Below, in pieces: positions 23,416-34,209 of a DNA stretch of 64,000 nucleotides. The notes under the pieces were generated by a model, which was not told the DNA's origin, did no database searches, and worked only from the letters and a program-made list of their open reading frames with translations. Position numbers and translations under genes: made by a program. This DNA is from Acidimicrobiia bacterium (GTDB lineage Bacteria; Actinomycetota; Acidimicrobiia; Spongiisociales; ZC4RG35). Numbering within the stretch: position 1 is the stretch's first letter; each line of letters opens with the position of its first letter. The stretch lies in contig OZ244034.1 in the NCBI GenBank assembly GCA_965215185.1, positions 1,792,001 to 1,856,000 on the forward strand, written 5' to 3'.

Positions 23416-24170
23416 CGCTTACCGATCTCTTCCTCCAAAAGCAGCCACACCTGGTTGCGCAGTTCCGCAAAGCGCGGGTCGGCCCGCACTACGGTGGTCG
23501 AGCGGGGACGCTCGAACGGCACCTGGTATTCCACCAGCACGCGGCCCGGGTTATTTCCCATCACCACGATCCGGTCCGACAGGTAGATCGCCTCGTCAAT
23601 GGAGTGGGTGACGAACAGCACGGTTAGGTCCTGAGAGGCGGCGATCCGAGCCAACTCGTCCTGGAGGTACTCCCGGGTGAGGGCGTCCAGGGATCCGAAC
23701 GGCTCGTCCATCAGCATCAGCCGGGGCTCGGTGGCCAAGGCCCGGGCCAGCCCCACCCGCTGCTTCATCCCTCCCGAGATCTGCGACGGATAATGGTTTT
23801 CGTATCCATCCAGGTCCAACAGCCGCAAGAAATGGGCAGCCTTTTCCAGGCGCTCGGCCTTGGAAACCCCCTGCACCTCCAGCCCGTAGGCCACGTTGTT
23901 GATGGCGGTTCGCCAGGGAAGCAGGTTGAAATGCTGGAACACCATCGCCTTTTCGCGGGAAGGACCCGTGCTTTCCTTGCCTTCCAGCCACACATTCCCG
24001 CCGGTTTGCGGCAAGAGGCCCGCCACGATCTTGAGGAGGGTGGTCTTCCCGCATCCGCTGGGGCCAAGCAAGGATACGAACTCGCCCTGGCCCACCCGCA
24101 GGTCCAACTTCTCCAGCACCCAGGGGCCTTCGGCTGTAAACCGCTTATCTACCGACTGTACTGATAACAC
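23412..24170 (-). CDS. NitT/TauT-type ABC ATP-binding protein
   Basis: GPSGCGKTT, ISGGMKQR, MDEPFGSLD. Confidence 0.92.
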   Translation of the reverse strand: MLSVQSVDKRFTAEGPWVLEKLDLRVGQGEFVSLLGPSGCGKTTLLKIVAGLLPQTGGNVWLEGKESTGPSREKAMVFQHFNLLPWRTAINNVAYGLEVQGVSKAERLEKAAHFLRLLDLDGYENHYPSQISGGMKQRVGLARALATEPRLMLMDEPFGSLDALTREYLQDELARIAASQDLTVLFVTHSIDEAIYLSDRIVVMGNNPGRVLVEYQVPFERPRSTTVVRADPRFAELRNQVWLLLEEEIGKR

Positions 24171-24358
24171 TGATACCTCGATTCAGCGTGAGGATGGAAC
24201 GCAAACTCTACTTTGCTAGGCATCCCAGGAGCACCCACAAGGGAAAACGCTCATAAAGACCGCGCGCCCTCTCCCCCATCCAGAAGTGCTCCAAACCTGA
24301 GAATATCCCTCCTAAGTCGCGAAACCGCCGGTCGCCGTCTGCCGCCCCTGTTCACAGG

Positions 24359-25609
24359 TCAGCCACCGCCGTTGAACACCACCGGGTAGCTGAGCCAGCG
24401 GGTCCACCGCTTGGTCTTGGTATCGGGCACGGGAGGCTTGTCGGGGTGGGGCCCCACGCCGCGCTCGAACACCGCTTGCAAAGCGATCGGCACCATCCCG
24501 TAAAGGTGGCTGTCACCGGGCGGCGTTCCCCGACGCTGCGGCAGGCCCACCGCCAAGGTCCGTCCGATGCAAAAGTGCATGCCCGCCCCGAAGCTGAGCC
24601 CATAGGGAGGAATCCCGTCGGGAACTTCCCGGTTGGGGTTGAAAAGCGCCGCGTCGGGTCCGTAGGCGACCGGGTCGGTGTTGGCCGAGATGGTGTCGAG
24701 CACGCACACCACTCCCTTGGGCACCTGCCTGCCCGCCACCTCGGTGTCGACCAGCGCCCGGCGCAGGATACCCGGGTTGGTGGGACGGACCCGAAGCGCC
24801 TCGTGGACGCACCGCTGGGCAAAAGCCGGATCGTCAACCACCCGCTCCCGATCCTCGGGGTGATCGCGGCACCAGGCAAAGATCAGATGGGAGGTGTTGG
24901 TGAGCGTCTGCGTGCTGGTGTGGGCGCCGGCGGAGAAAAACAGAGTGGATTCCCGCTCGATGAGGTCGGTGTCCATCCCCGAGGTGGGCTGGTTGACCAA
25001 CAAGGTGGTCAAAAGGTCATATAAGAGGTCCACATCCTCCCCCGCTGCCCGGCGCTCCACCTGCGACGCCCGGTCCTCTCGCGACTCGGTCATGAACTCC
25101 GAGCGGAACTCGGCGAAGACTTTGCGCATCTGCGCCTTGATCACCTCGGGGTCTTCTTTGGCCGCGTCGATGGCGCCTCCCAGCGCGAACTGGTGAAGAA
25201 AGTAGCGAAGGCGCTGGCGATCGTTGATCGAATCCCAGTTGAAGTCGATCCCGGCGGTGCGGCAAGCCAACACCACATTGAAGAGCCCCCCGATCTCCAT
25301 CAGATCAGACTCGAGCGGATCTACGAACTTTTCCAGCGTGTGCGCCACGATGCCGGGAAACATCTCGTTCTCGTAAAGCTCGAACATATCCCGGCGGAAC
25401 AGCCGGTTCTCCATGCGGCGACGTTCCCGATGCTCGGCGCCGTGCAACACCGATAAGGTGCCCTCTTTCAGATTGCCCGTCTCGAAGCGTTCCCGGTCGA
25501 GGCTGCGCGACAGGTCGTTGTTGGTAAGCGCTCCTCGGACCGCTTCGTAGCCGGTCAGGGTGATGCTCTCAAAACCTGCCGGTCCTTCCATGCCTTGGGC
25601 GCCTTCCAT
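24359..25609 (-). CDS. Cytochrome P450
   Basis: FGAGMHFCIG heme motif, EALR ExxR, I-helix AGAHTS. Confidence 0.9.
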   Translation of the reverse strand: MEGAQGMEGPAGFESITLTGYEAVRGALTNNDLSRSLDRERFETGNLKEGTLSVLHGAEHRERRRMENRLFRRDMFELYENEMFPGIVAHTLEKFVDPLESDLMEIGGLFNVVLACRTAGIDFNWDSINDRQRLRYFLHQFALGGAIDAAKEDPEVIKAQMRKVFAEFRSEFMTESREDRASQVERRAAGEDVDLLYDLLTTLLVNQPTSGMDTDLIERESTLFFSAGAHTSTQTLTNTSHLIFAWCRDHPEDRERVVDDPAFAQRCVHEALRVRPTNPGILRRALVDTEVAGRQVPKGVVCVLDTISANTDPVAYGPDAALFNPNREVPDGIPPYGLSFGAGMHFCIGRTLAVGLPQRRGTPPGDSHLYGMVPIALQAVFERGVGPHPDKPPVPDTKTKRWTRWLSYPVVFNGGG

Positions 25610-25845
25610 CAGCAGCCACCCACCCCGTTCGAGCCGTTCGAGCCGGAGGTCAAGGTAATCGCCCCCGACGGGCAGTTCTCCACCGTCCCGGCCAGCATGG
25701 CGGTTGCGGCGTTCTCGACTCCCCCCTCCACCAATGTCGGTTGCCCCTCATCGTCGAACTCGTACACATCAGGAGCGAAAAGCACACACTCGCCGCTCTG
25801 ATAGCAATAGTTGTGGTCGATCTCTATTCGGTCACCCGCGGCCAT
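25609..25845 (-). CDS. Ferredoxin ([3Fe-4S]-type)
   Basis: CYQSGEC...CPSGAI; coupled to the P450. Confidence 0.88.
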   Translation of the reverse strand: MAAGDRIEIDHNYCYQSGECVLFAPDVYEFDDEGQPTLVEGGVENAATAMLAGTVENCPSGAITLTSGSNGSNGVGGC

Positions 25846-26035
25846 CCATTTTCCTTTCTGGGATAACTCACCGATGGCTCACGGCCACCGGAGAGCTTCC
25901 AACCTCCGGGACCCTAAGGGCCCAATTCCAATCGGAGGGCGGTGTCCTCCCCGCTTTGGAGAAGGACACCGCTCCCCGGATTGCGGCTTTTCCTCCCAGC
26001 CGTAAACCGACCGGGAGAACAAACGCCGTTAGTCG

Positions 26036-27043
26036 TTACTGCCTACCGTTGCGCTCCAGGTAGTCGTCCACGTAGTCGGTCACCACCCAGTTGGCCGGAT
26101 CTTCCACCGTGGGAGGCAGGTTGCCCACCTCTTGCTCGATGGAAATGGTGGCGTTCATAAGCGATGGCTCCAGACCGCCGTTCACCGCGAACAGCCCGAT
26201 CCGAATGAACTCGTCATAGGCGCGGCTCTTGGCCGCATCGGACAGTCCCTCGGTCACTTCGGCAGCAGCTGCAATGTACTCGGCCTTGTTGCCGTTCGCC
26301 CAGCGCACCGAGTCGATGAACCCGTCGATGGCCAGTTGCGCCAGGTTGGGATTCTCCTCCAGCCAGGCCCGGTCGACCCACACTCCGTGGAACAGGTAGG
26401 CGCCCACCGCGTCAGCTATCACATAGAGCGGGTAAAGACCCTGCTCCACCGCGTTGAAGCCTTCGGCAAAGTGTGCCGCGCCAGCTGCGGTCTGCCCAGA
26501 GACCAAAGCGGCCATCCGTGCGCCGGTGCCACCCACCTCGACAAACTCGAGGTCGTCGATGTTGATGCCTTCCCTGGTGAGGGCGGCCACCGACAGCGAG
26601 GTGCTAACCGATCCCGGTCCGGCGGTGCCGATCTGGCGGCCGTACAACTGTTCCAACTCGGTCACATCCGGTGAGGACACCAACAGGTAGTCCGACTGTT
26701 GGACATCGCCGGCGATCATCACCACGTCGGCGCCGGTCTCTTCACGCAGGAAAATGCCCGGAGGCACCTGTCCCACCACCATGTCGACATCTCCGGAAAC
26801 CAAGGCCCGGAAGGGCGGGGAGGTTCCTTCGAAGATAATCGCCTCGGCGTCTATGCCGTGGTCCGTATTGAGGTCATCTAACCAAGTGAAGTTCATAATC
26901 TGAGTGAAGTCGGGCTGCCCGGAAAAACCGACCTTGAGGGAACTGGCTTCTGGATCATCGGATCCACAAGCCGCCGCCACCAAGGCCAAAGCGGCGAACA
27001 GCACCGCCGCCTTTACTACAGAACGCTTCCTACTGCCAATCAT
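26036..27043 (-). CDS. ABC substrate-binding lipoprotein (SsuA/THI5-like)
   Basis: Lipobox VAAAC, GGTGARMAALVSG. Confidence 0.85.
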   Translation of the reverse strand: MIGSRKRSVVKAAVLFAALALVAAACGSDDPEASSLKVGFSGQPDFTQIMNFTWLDDLNTDHGIDAEAIIFEGTSPPFRALVSGDVDMVVGQVPPGIFLREETGADVVMIAGDVQQSDYLLVSSPDVTELEQLYGRQIGTAGPGSVSTSLSVAALTREGINIDDLEFVEVGGTGARMAALVSGQTAAGAAHFAEGFNAVEQGLYPLYVIADAVGAYLFHGVWVDRAWLEENPNLAQLAIDGFIDSVRWANGNKAEYIAAAAEVTEGLSDAAKSRAYDEFIRIGLFAVNGGLEPSLMNATISIEQEVGNLPPTVEDPANWVVTDYVDDYLERNGRQ

Positions 27044-27191
27044 TGTTGTTTTCTCCTGAATCTCTATACACCAAGAGAGCGGACTTTCCAGCCGCCATCT
27101 TCTTGTTCACGGTACTAGAAAACACCCGCCCCCACGCTGGAAAGGCGGGAAGTTTTTGGACCTGCCTCCCATGATACGCCGGTGCCTTCTC

Positions 27192-27364
27192 AGCCCAGCA
27201 TGCCCATCAAAGCGATCAAGGCGCCGAGGCCTCATCTCCAACCCACCAACCTGACTCACCATCTCGGTGCGCACCTTCTCGACCTCCAAGCGGACCCCAT
27301 GGATCTGCTCCCTCAGGTCGCCTTGGGCCTCGTCCTTTTGTTCCTGCAACTCGATTGCCGTCAT
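27192..27364 (-). pseudogene. Small coiled-coil + C-terminal TM protein (DUF1640-like), frameshifted
   Basis: QGDLREQIHGVRLEVEKVRTEM, then GLGALIALMGMLG* in another frame. Confidence 0.4.
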
Positions 27365-27478
27365 GCTGTATCCTCCCGTGTCCGACTGTTACCTCCCGGG
27401 GTTGACCACCAACGCCTGTTCCCTCACATCATAAGGACGCCCGAGTCGAAATCTAGCCCCTGGTACCCTTCTCCTCCT

Positions 27479-28240
27479 ATGAAAATGTTCGACCTGACCG
27501 GCAAAGTGGCCGTGGTCACCGGGGGCAACCGGGGGATCGGATTGGGGATGGCCCGCGGGCTGGCCAAGGCGGGCGCGGCAGTGGCGATATGGGGACGTAA
27601 TGAGGAATACAACCAGGCCGCCGTCCAACAATTAAAGGATCTGGGCGCCGAGGCTCTCCCGGTGCCTTGCGACGTCGCCTCCGAAGAGCAGGTCGAGGCG
27701 GCCGCGGCGGCCACCTTCGACCACTTCGGACAAGTCGACTCGATCTTCGCCAACGCCGGCATCGGCCGAAGTGCCCTCTTTCCCGACCTGCACCTAAAAG
27801 CCTGGGAGAAGGTGATGGCCGTCAACGCCACCGGAACCATGCTGGCCATCCGCTCGGTGACCCCCGCCATGATCGAACAGGGCGACGGAGGAACAATCGT
27901 GGTCACCTCCTCCATCTCCGCCCACTTCGGGATCCCCTATCTCCCCCACTACGCGGCCAGCAAAGCCGCTCAACTGGGACTGGTCCGCACCCTGGCGGTG
28001 TCACTGGCCCCCCACCACATCCGAGTCAACGCGGTGAGCCCGGGATGGATCGCCACCGAAATGACCGGACCCGAACAAAACCGCGGCGACTTCACCCAAT
28101 ATATTAACGACAGGGTCCCCTTGGCCCGGTGGGGAACCATCGAAGAGTTCGAAGGCATCGCCGTCTACCTGGCCTCCGACGCCTCCGCTTTCACCACCGG
28201 CGCCGAAATCCGCATCGACGGGGGCTTCTCGGTCTATTAA
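27479..28240 (+). CDS. SDR family oxidoreductase
   Basis: TGGNRGIG, NAG, YAASK, IDGG. Confidence 0.92.
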   Translation: MKMFDLTGKVAVVTGGNRGIGLGMARGLAKAGAAVAIWGRNEEYNQAAVQQLKDLGAEALPVPCDVASEEQVEAAAAATFDHFGQVDSIFANAGIGRSALFPDLHLKAWEKVMAVNATGTMLAIRSVTPAMIEQGDGGTIVVTSSISAHFGIPYLPHYAASKAAQLGLVRTLAVSLAPHHIRVNAVSPGWIATEMTGPEQNRGDFTQYINDRVPLARWGTIEEFEGIAVYLASDASAFTTGAEIRIDGGFSVY

Positions 28241-28587
28241 CCCCCGGTAAGGTCTTGATACTTGTCGGGGGCAGTGTGTGTGACGTTTGTTGAGTTGCCC
28301 GCCTCCCGATGGTAAATGCAAGCTTGCTATAAGGAGGTAAGTGAACCGCACCTCTCCCGAGATGCGGGCTAACAACCTGAACCGGCTGGCTGGTCGAGCT
28401 TCATAAGCCCGCGTTGGGCCAGTCCGAAAATGCCCCGGCTTACCCCCGAGTCGAGCACCGAGTCCTCGGCCAGCAACGCCGTGATCTTCGGCTTGGCCGC
28501 CGGGTGTGGCAAGGCTCGTGACCGCGCTAGTTGGGCTGTCTGGTGTCCCGCCAGAGCCGGACAGGAAGAACCGTTTGCGTTGCTATG

Positions 28588-28941
28588 TCACGATTGGCAA
28601 GGGCACACCGGCGCCTCATAGCCCTCTTTTGTCCAAGGCTTTGAGCAGTTCCTCGGTTTTGTCTTCCAAGCGTTGCACGTCCTCGACGTCCGGCCCGAAC
28701 CTCGGCTCGCGAACATGGGGAGGGTCTCGGTGAGACACGGGTTCTCTAGTGCCGAACCGGCGTCGTCGAGTTCGTAAAACTCGATTGTCCACTGGCACGG
28801 TTGGGAAAAACTTCCCGGCATGAACGCCTTGACTAGATAGCCGGCCTCTTCGAACGAGCCGTACAAAACGAGCGGTTCTGCCCCCGGCGTTGAATCTGAC
28901 GTCACGCCTTCGACGATAACACTTCCGAGAGGTTTGTCCAC
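28588..28941 (-). CDS. Hypothetical protein
   Basis: ORF track; no recognisable motif. Confidence 0.4.
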   Translation of the reverse strand: MDKPLGSVIVEGVTSDSTPGAEPLVLYGSFEEAGYLVKAFMPGSFSQPCQWTIEFYELDDAGSALENPCLTETLPMFASRGSGRTSRTCNAWKTKPRNCSKPWTKEGYEAPVCPCQS

Positions 28942-28968
28942 TCGTGTCGTCTAATAGCCAAGCCCTTT

Positions 28969-28982
28969 CTGTCCGGTAACTT
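28969..28982 (+). repeat. TGTCCGGTAA half-site, copy 1
   Basis: CTGTCCGGTAACTT, intergenic, within AGCCCT/AGGGCT inverted repeat. Confidence 0.75.
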
Positions 28983-29011
28983 GCAGGGCTCGTCGGTAGC
29001 CTCCTCTTTTA

Positions 29012-29392
29012 ATGGCAACCCCGAGTCCCGATCTCCTGCCTTCGATCGGCACCACCGTCGAGTGGCTGCAGCAACTGGACAACTACGAACTCAGTTACGG
29101 TGTCATGCCTCCAGAGCTGCTGTGCGGCCGCCAGAGCCCGGCATACCTGGCACTGGCCTATGCCCGCTCCCTGGGGGGGGTTTCCGGTCTTTGTGGCCAC
29201 GACGAATGGTCCGAGTGGACTTCGGAGGAGATGGAACAGGCGATCTGGTGGCTAATCGGGTTCTTCGAGGATCCCGGGTTCTTCCGGTTCTTGGAAGCCA
29301 ACGGCTGGCCCGACGGGTGGGCTCCCCCGCCGATTCCCCAGATTTCGGGAGTGGAAGCCGAGCAGCACCCCGAGTGCCGCTGCTCGGGGTAG
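29012..29392 (+). CDS. Hypothetical protein
   Basis: 126-aa ORF between two half-sites. Confidence 0.55.
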   Translation: MATPSPDLLPSIGTTVEWLQQLDNYELSYGVMPPELLCGRQSPAYLALAYARSLGGVSGLCGHDEWSEWTSEEMEQAIWWLIGFFEDPGFFRFLEANGWPDGWAPPPIPQISGVEAEQHPECRCSG

Positions 29393-29420
29393 CGGCCCTT
29401 TCGGGCCAGGGTCGCTCCAA

Positions 29421-29435
29421 CTGTCCGGTAACTGC
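29421..29435 (+). repeat. TGTCCGGTAA half-site, copy 2
   Basis: CTGTCCGGTAACTGC, intergenic. Confidence 0.75.
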
Positions 29436-29497
29436 TCGGCCCCTGCCAATGCGGATGTTTTCTTACTTGGGTTCCTACTTTTAATAGGGTTAGCGGT

Positions 29498-29710
29498 ATG
29501 AAGATCAGTATCAGTCTGTCCAGCGAAGATCTCGAGTTTCTCGACAGATACAAGCGTGTTCACCAGGCGTCCCGGTCGGCTGCTGTACGGCGGGCTGTAA
29601 GGCTTCTCCGCCTGTCCGAGTTGTCATCGGACTACGCGGCGGCGTTTGATGAGTGGGCCGATCATGGCCACAACGAGGCGTGGGATGCCACCGTTGCCGA
29701 CGGGGTTTAG
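29498..29710 (+). CDS. mazE: Ribbon-helix-helix antitoxin (MazE-like)
   Basis: MKISISLS...SRSAAVRRAV...WDATVADG; precedes PemK toxin. Confidence 0.85.
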   Translation: MKISISLSSEDLEFLDRYKRVHQASRSAAVRRAVRLLRLSELSSDYAAAFDEWADHGHNEAWDATVADGV

Positions 29711-30060
29711 TTGATGCGTCGCGGAGACATCCGCGTCGTGAATCTCGGTAACGTCGTCGGTGTCGAGTCAGCCCGGATCCGGCCGGCTGTGATCGTCAGC
29801 AATGACGGCGCCAACACGATTGCGGCACGGCTTGGACGTGGGGTTGTCACAGTCGTTCCTGTCACGTCGAACACGAAACGGGTTTACCCGTTCCAGGTTC
29901 TGTTAGACGCCGCCGAGACGGGACTAGACCGCGATTCCAAGGCACAAGCCGAACAGGTGAGATCGGTCGCTGTCGAAAGGGTCGGCAACCTGATCGGTCA
30001 CATGCCTGGGGATATCTGGGCCAACTCGACGACGCGCTCCGGCTCCACCTGGCCATCTGA
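29711..30060 (+). CDS. mazF: PemK/MazF endoribonuclease toxin, frameshift near 30015
   Basis: RPAVIVSND, VVPVTSN, SKAQAEQVRSV; expected end GQLDDALRLHLAI* (stop 30060) in shifted frame. Confidence 0.88.
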
Positions 30061-30077
30061 GTCGGAAACACGGCTTC

Positions 30078-30092
30078 GTGTCCGGTAACTGC
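30078..30092 (+). repeat. TGTCCGGTAA half-site, copy 3
   Basis: GTGTCCGGTAACTGC between mazF and the recombinase. Confidence 0.75.
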
Positions 30093-30159
30093 CAGGGGAT
30101 AGCCCGAGAAGAAAAACAGCCGACTTGTCTCTGCCGTCGGGTAGGTTTCGGGAGAGTTT

Positions 30160-31140
30160 ATGCGCCTGGCTCAACCCCCATCCGAACCCCGCGCTGTCGC
30201 AGTGGTGTCGGTGGAGACGGCTGCCAATTTGGCGGGGTCTCGTGCGGTTGAGACTCGTCGTGCTTATCGGCGGATGGTCGCCCGGTGGGCCGCTTGGGCT
30301 ACCAGTCGGGGTGCTTGGCCGAAGACGTGGGAGCCGCCTCCGTCGGATGGTTGGCGGGCTGCCACCGCCGGGGACATGGCTGATTGGCTTTCTTTTCTGG
30401 CTTCCGAGGGTCTAGGGATCTCTGCGGTGCGTATAGCCCGTGCTGCAGTGTCGGCCGCGCATCGGGAGGGTGCCAGCCTCCAGGTGCTGGCCGGCGGGGA
30501 GGGCTTGGCTGATCCGGCGCAGGATTGGTTGGTGTCCGCCACGATCGGCGGGATCGCCCGCCGATCGGACCCACCGTCCCAGGCGCCCGGGCTTCGCGTT
30601 CATGGGTTCGCTCGGATCCTGGCAGTGGTGGAACTTGAGGCCACCCCGGCCACTCCCCGGGGACGCCGTGCCATCCGCGACGCGGCGCTTCTGTGGATAA
30701 TGCGCGACGGGCTGTTACGCCGAGGAGAAGCCGCAGCACTGCAGTGGGACGACCTGGCTGTCGAGGAAGACGGCTCAGGCAGGCTCACCGTGCGGCGTTC
30801 CAAGACCGACCAGACCGGCGAAGGAGCAGTGCTGTGGATCAGCCCCCCCGCCACCGAAGCCTTGCAACGCTGGCGAGAAATAGCCGCCAGGCCCTCGATG
30901 TTCGATCTGACCGGCCGTTCAGTAGGACGGGTGGTCACCCGCCGCGCCGAGGCGGTGGGCCTTTCGGCCTCAGGCCATTCGCTGCGGGTGGGCATGGCCC
31001 AGGACCTGGCCGCCGCCGGCGCCAACTTCCCCGAGCTCTGCCAGGCGGGACGGTGGCAATCACCCACAACGGCCATTCGATATATCCGTTCCCAGACAGC
31101 CGACCGGGGAGCGGTGGCCCGCTACTACCGCCGCCCCTAA
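30160..31140 (+). CDS. Cre-like tyrosine recombinase (intact)
   Basis: Catalytic R (GLLRRGE), K (RSKTDQ), HxxR (SGHSLRVG), W (AGRW), Y (AIRYIR). Confidence 0.92.
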   Translation: MRLAQPPSEPRAVAVVSVETAANLAGSRAVETRRAYRRMVARWAAWATSRGAWPKTWEPPPSDGWRAATAGDMADWLSFLASEGLGISAVRIARAAVSAAHREGASLQVLAGGEGLADPAQDWLVSATIGGIARRSDPPSQAPGLRVHGFARILAVVELEATPATPRGRRAIRDAALLWIMRDGLLRRGEAAALQWDDLAVEEDGSGRLTVRRSKTDQTGEGAVLWISPPATEALQRWREIAARPSMFDLTGRSVGRVVTRRAEAVGLSASGHSLRVGMAQDLAAAGANFPELCQAGRWQSPTTAIRYIRSQTADRGAVARYYRRP

Positions 31141-31151
31141 AGAAATCCCTC

Positions 31152-31179
31152 GTGTCCTCAAAAGAAAATTACCGGACAC
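31152..31179 (-). repeat. 11-6-11 candidate recombination site containing inverted half-site copy 4
   Basis: GTGTCCTCAAA-AGAAAA-TTACCGGACAC; variant TTATCCGGACAC at 31276-31287. Confidence 0.65.
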
Positions 31180-31324
31180 AAAATCGCTCTCGAGGCCGGG
31201 GGTCCGAGGGGGTCCAAATGGGTTCGCCTCGTGTTAGCAAGCCGAGGCATTTACCCGAGCTGCCCAGCCCTGCCATTATCCGGACACAATTTCTCGGGGT
31301 CCGAAAGGATCCCTTTGGGGTTCG

Positions 31325-31547
31325 TATAATTAGGGTTGCCTCAAACTAGCAAGCTTGCGGCACCGCGGTTGGGGGTTCGCCGGTTTGTTTCGGCGGCCCC
31401 TGACCCTTTTTTATCACAGGCGGGTAACACCCGGGTGGGGGTGGCGTCTTGAAGGGTGTCGAGGGAACAGGCGCCGGCGTTTGTTTTTGCTGGTGGAGTT
31501 CCCCTCCGACTGCAATTGCAATCTATTTTTGAGAGGAAAAAAGCTTT
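31325..31547 (+). promoter_or_regulatory. -10 box and long structured 5' leader of the S-layer gene
   Basis: TATAAT at 31325-31330; GC hairpins such as GGGGTTCGCCG/CGGCGGCCCC; about 210 nt to ATG. Confidence 0.5.
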
Positions 31548-34122
31548 ATGTTTGCTTTTTTTAACCGTTCTCGGCGGCACGTAGCGGTGCTGGCAGCTCT
31601 GGCCATGTTGGCCAGTGTGCTGGTCGCAGCGCCGGCTGTTGCTGCTGAGGACCCGGAACCGGACTACGAGGCTACTTTGATGCGTGCGGTGGATGCGCCG
31701 TCTGCGGGGTTCACTGATGTTCCCTCCGGTCACGCAACGCTGGTGACATTGACTGTATCGCCTATTACGGGATCACCAAGGGCACTTCGGCGACCACCTA
31801 TGCGCCGTTGATGTCAGTGACCCGTGAGCACATGGCGCTGTTCCTGATTCGCCTGGCCGGCCTGGTGGGGATCGACGTCCCCGACGCTGGTGACACCGGC
31901 TTCACCGACACCGGTGAGCTGTCGGGCAAGTCGCAGGCTGCGATCAGCCAGTTGCGCCAGTTGGAGATCACCTCCGGCACTTCGACCACCACCTATTCGC
32001 CTGCCGATTCGGTTAAACGCGGTAATATGGCGTTGTTCATCGCACGGTTGATGAACAAGATGACACCGTTGACCGATGGTGACCCGAGCTTGGACGACAC
32101 CGTGTTCTATGGTTACACGCCTGATCGGATGTGCGAACGAGAAGGTGACGGTCAAGAACGAGGACGATGAAGAGGAAGGCCAAGCATCGGTTCGCCGTTC
32201 ACCGACTTGGGTTCGGTGAGCAAGAACCAGTATGACGCTATTACCCAGTTGTACGAGTTGGGTGTTGCTTCGGGTATCTCCGACACCGCTTATGCTCCGT
32301 CGGCTTTGATCACCCGTGCGGCGATGGCCGAGTTCATGGCTGCGGTGTTGGATCACTCCAACGCTCGCCCCGCTGGTGTGAGCATCCAGGCTGACAAGAC
32401 CTTCGGGCTTCGGCGAATATGTGTCCACTGTGATGGTCTCTGTCCGGGATGACGATTTCGGCCCTATGTCCGATCAGTTGGTGGACATCTTCCAGAACAA
32501 CTGCGAGGACCTGCGACGAGCCGCTGCATTTCATGACTTCCGGTGACGACGCCGGAAGTGCAACGGCAAGCAGTCGAGGGTGACTGTACGTGGAACACCG
32601 ATGATGCATCAGACCGACGGCAACGGCAACATCTTCTTCGGTGCTGACATCGGTCCCACCGACACTGATGACCCTCGGGTCTTACCCACACCCTGTTTAT
32701 GCGTGGATCGGTGACGAGGAAACCGGTGACGAGTTCAACGTGGACGAGACGACTACAACGTCGGTCTGGATCTTGAGTTACACACCCGCCGAGGAAAACG
32801 TTGAAGTCAGCACTTCGATCAACGAGGAAGCCACTATCCAACCCTCTCCGTGACACGAAGAGGGTGGACTCCTGGCCAACTGGCTGGCCAGCACGGTGAA
32901 CTTGGCCTCCACGAAGTTCCGTGTCACCGTCAACTCCGGCCAACTGTGAAGACACAGACGGTGACGGTGGACAACTGCGCTGATGTGGAGCGTCGGCGTC
33001 GAAGTGACGGCTGGACCCGGGAGGTCACTTTGACCGCGACGGACCGACGACCGATGATGGTCAACCCACCGTGTCAACCCGGCCGCCGTCCGACGAAGGG
33101 CATTGTTCGACCCGAGAACACAGCGATGAGGCTGACCAGGACCACCAACGACGACGGTACGGTCACGTTTGTTGTTGATGCTCCCAGGAACATCAAGAGC
33201 GACGAGTACCAGGATGTGGTCGACTGGTCACGTTCACGGTCCGAGCCGACGGCGAAGACGGCGACGGTGAGACACCATGGGCCCTTCACGATCAACTGGG
33301 TTGAGGACACACCAGTGCTCACCAGACACGACCATCGTTTCGGCTACCGACTATGTGATAGTCGACGGGACGGTGATAACCACGATGTCAACATCAGCGT
33401 CTCTCTCCGCCTCTACGACCAGTACGGCAACGGTATCCGCCAGAACCGAGAACGGCAACGCCTACCATCGTCACGATGAGATTGACCAGACGGTCACGGC
33501 ACCGACTACGTGACAGACATCGAAGGTGATGGCGACGAATGTCAGAGTCGGTGGCAATCTCGACAAGACCCGAGCGTCAGTTCCAGCAGCAGCCGCCGCG
33601 GCCGCGGCATGGCCAGAGCACTGGTCGCTGGACAACATCGTCAACAACGGGCACAACTGACGTGACCTTACGCGGTCGCTGAGCAGCCCGGTAAGGACGC
33701 TGAACGGCGACTCGACTAGACGAGGATGACACCAGGGCCGTGATGCCAACGGTGTTCAGATCACCTACGTCGACGGTGACGACACTGCCGGTGCACAGAC
33801 CGAGGCAGAACATCACCGTTTACTGTGGCTGCCGAGAAAGGACGGCGACGACACCCAAGTCGACAGTCGCTGCGACTCGGCTGACGATGACTCGCCGGCG
33901 ACAGCACTTCGGACCGCTATGGCGTGACGATGACGTTCTTCATGGTGAGTTGTACGCCATGGACGACAACGACACGTACATCGAACGACGACTGTTGCCC
34001 CAGATTGCGAGGTGTTCCGACCCGAACTCTCCGTCGACGACGGATTTAGAGTCGTCATCTACTACGCCAAGACGAGTCCACAATCTGTCCAGCATCTTCG
34101 ACACGACTGCCCGGAGGCCTAG
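31548..34122 (+). pseudogene. SLH-domain S-layer-type protein, broken by many frameshifts (end approximate)
   Basis: Signal peptide; SLH motifs GFTDV, VTREHMALFL, VKRGNMALFIARL, ITRAAMAEFMA spread over different frames; Thr/Asp/Val-rich tail. Confidence 0.75.
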
Positions 34123-34164
34123 GCCCACCGACAAAAACGAAAAGCAACCGCTCTACAACCCCGA

Positions 34165-34195
34165 AAGGAGGCTCCCCCCGGGGAGCCTCCTTCTC
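34165..34195 (+). terminator. Rho-independent terminator
   Basis: AAGGAGGCTCCCC/GGGGAGCCTCCTT hairpin after the S-layer gene. Confidence 0.75.
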
Positions 34196-34209
34196 TATGC
34201 CAAATAGGG

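Noticed and set aside
28330-28521. Short ORF after a strong AAGGAGG RBS
   Set aside because: Stops after 21 codons; a frameshifted continuation is possible but has no recognisable homology.
28969-31140. Classical integron (IntI + attC)
   Set aside because: The recombinase is Cre-like with no evident IntI insertion, and the sites lack paired RYYYAAC/GTTRRRY boxes.
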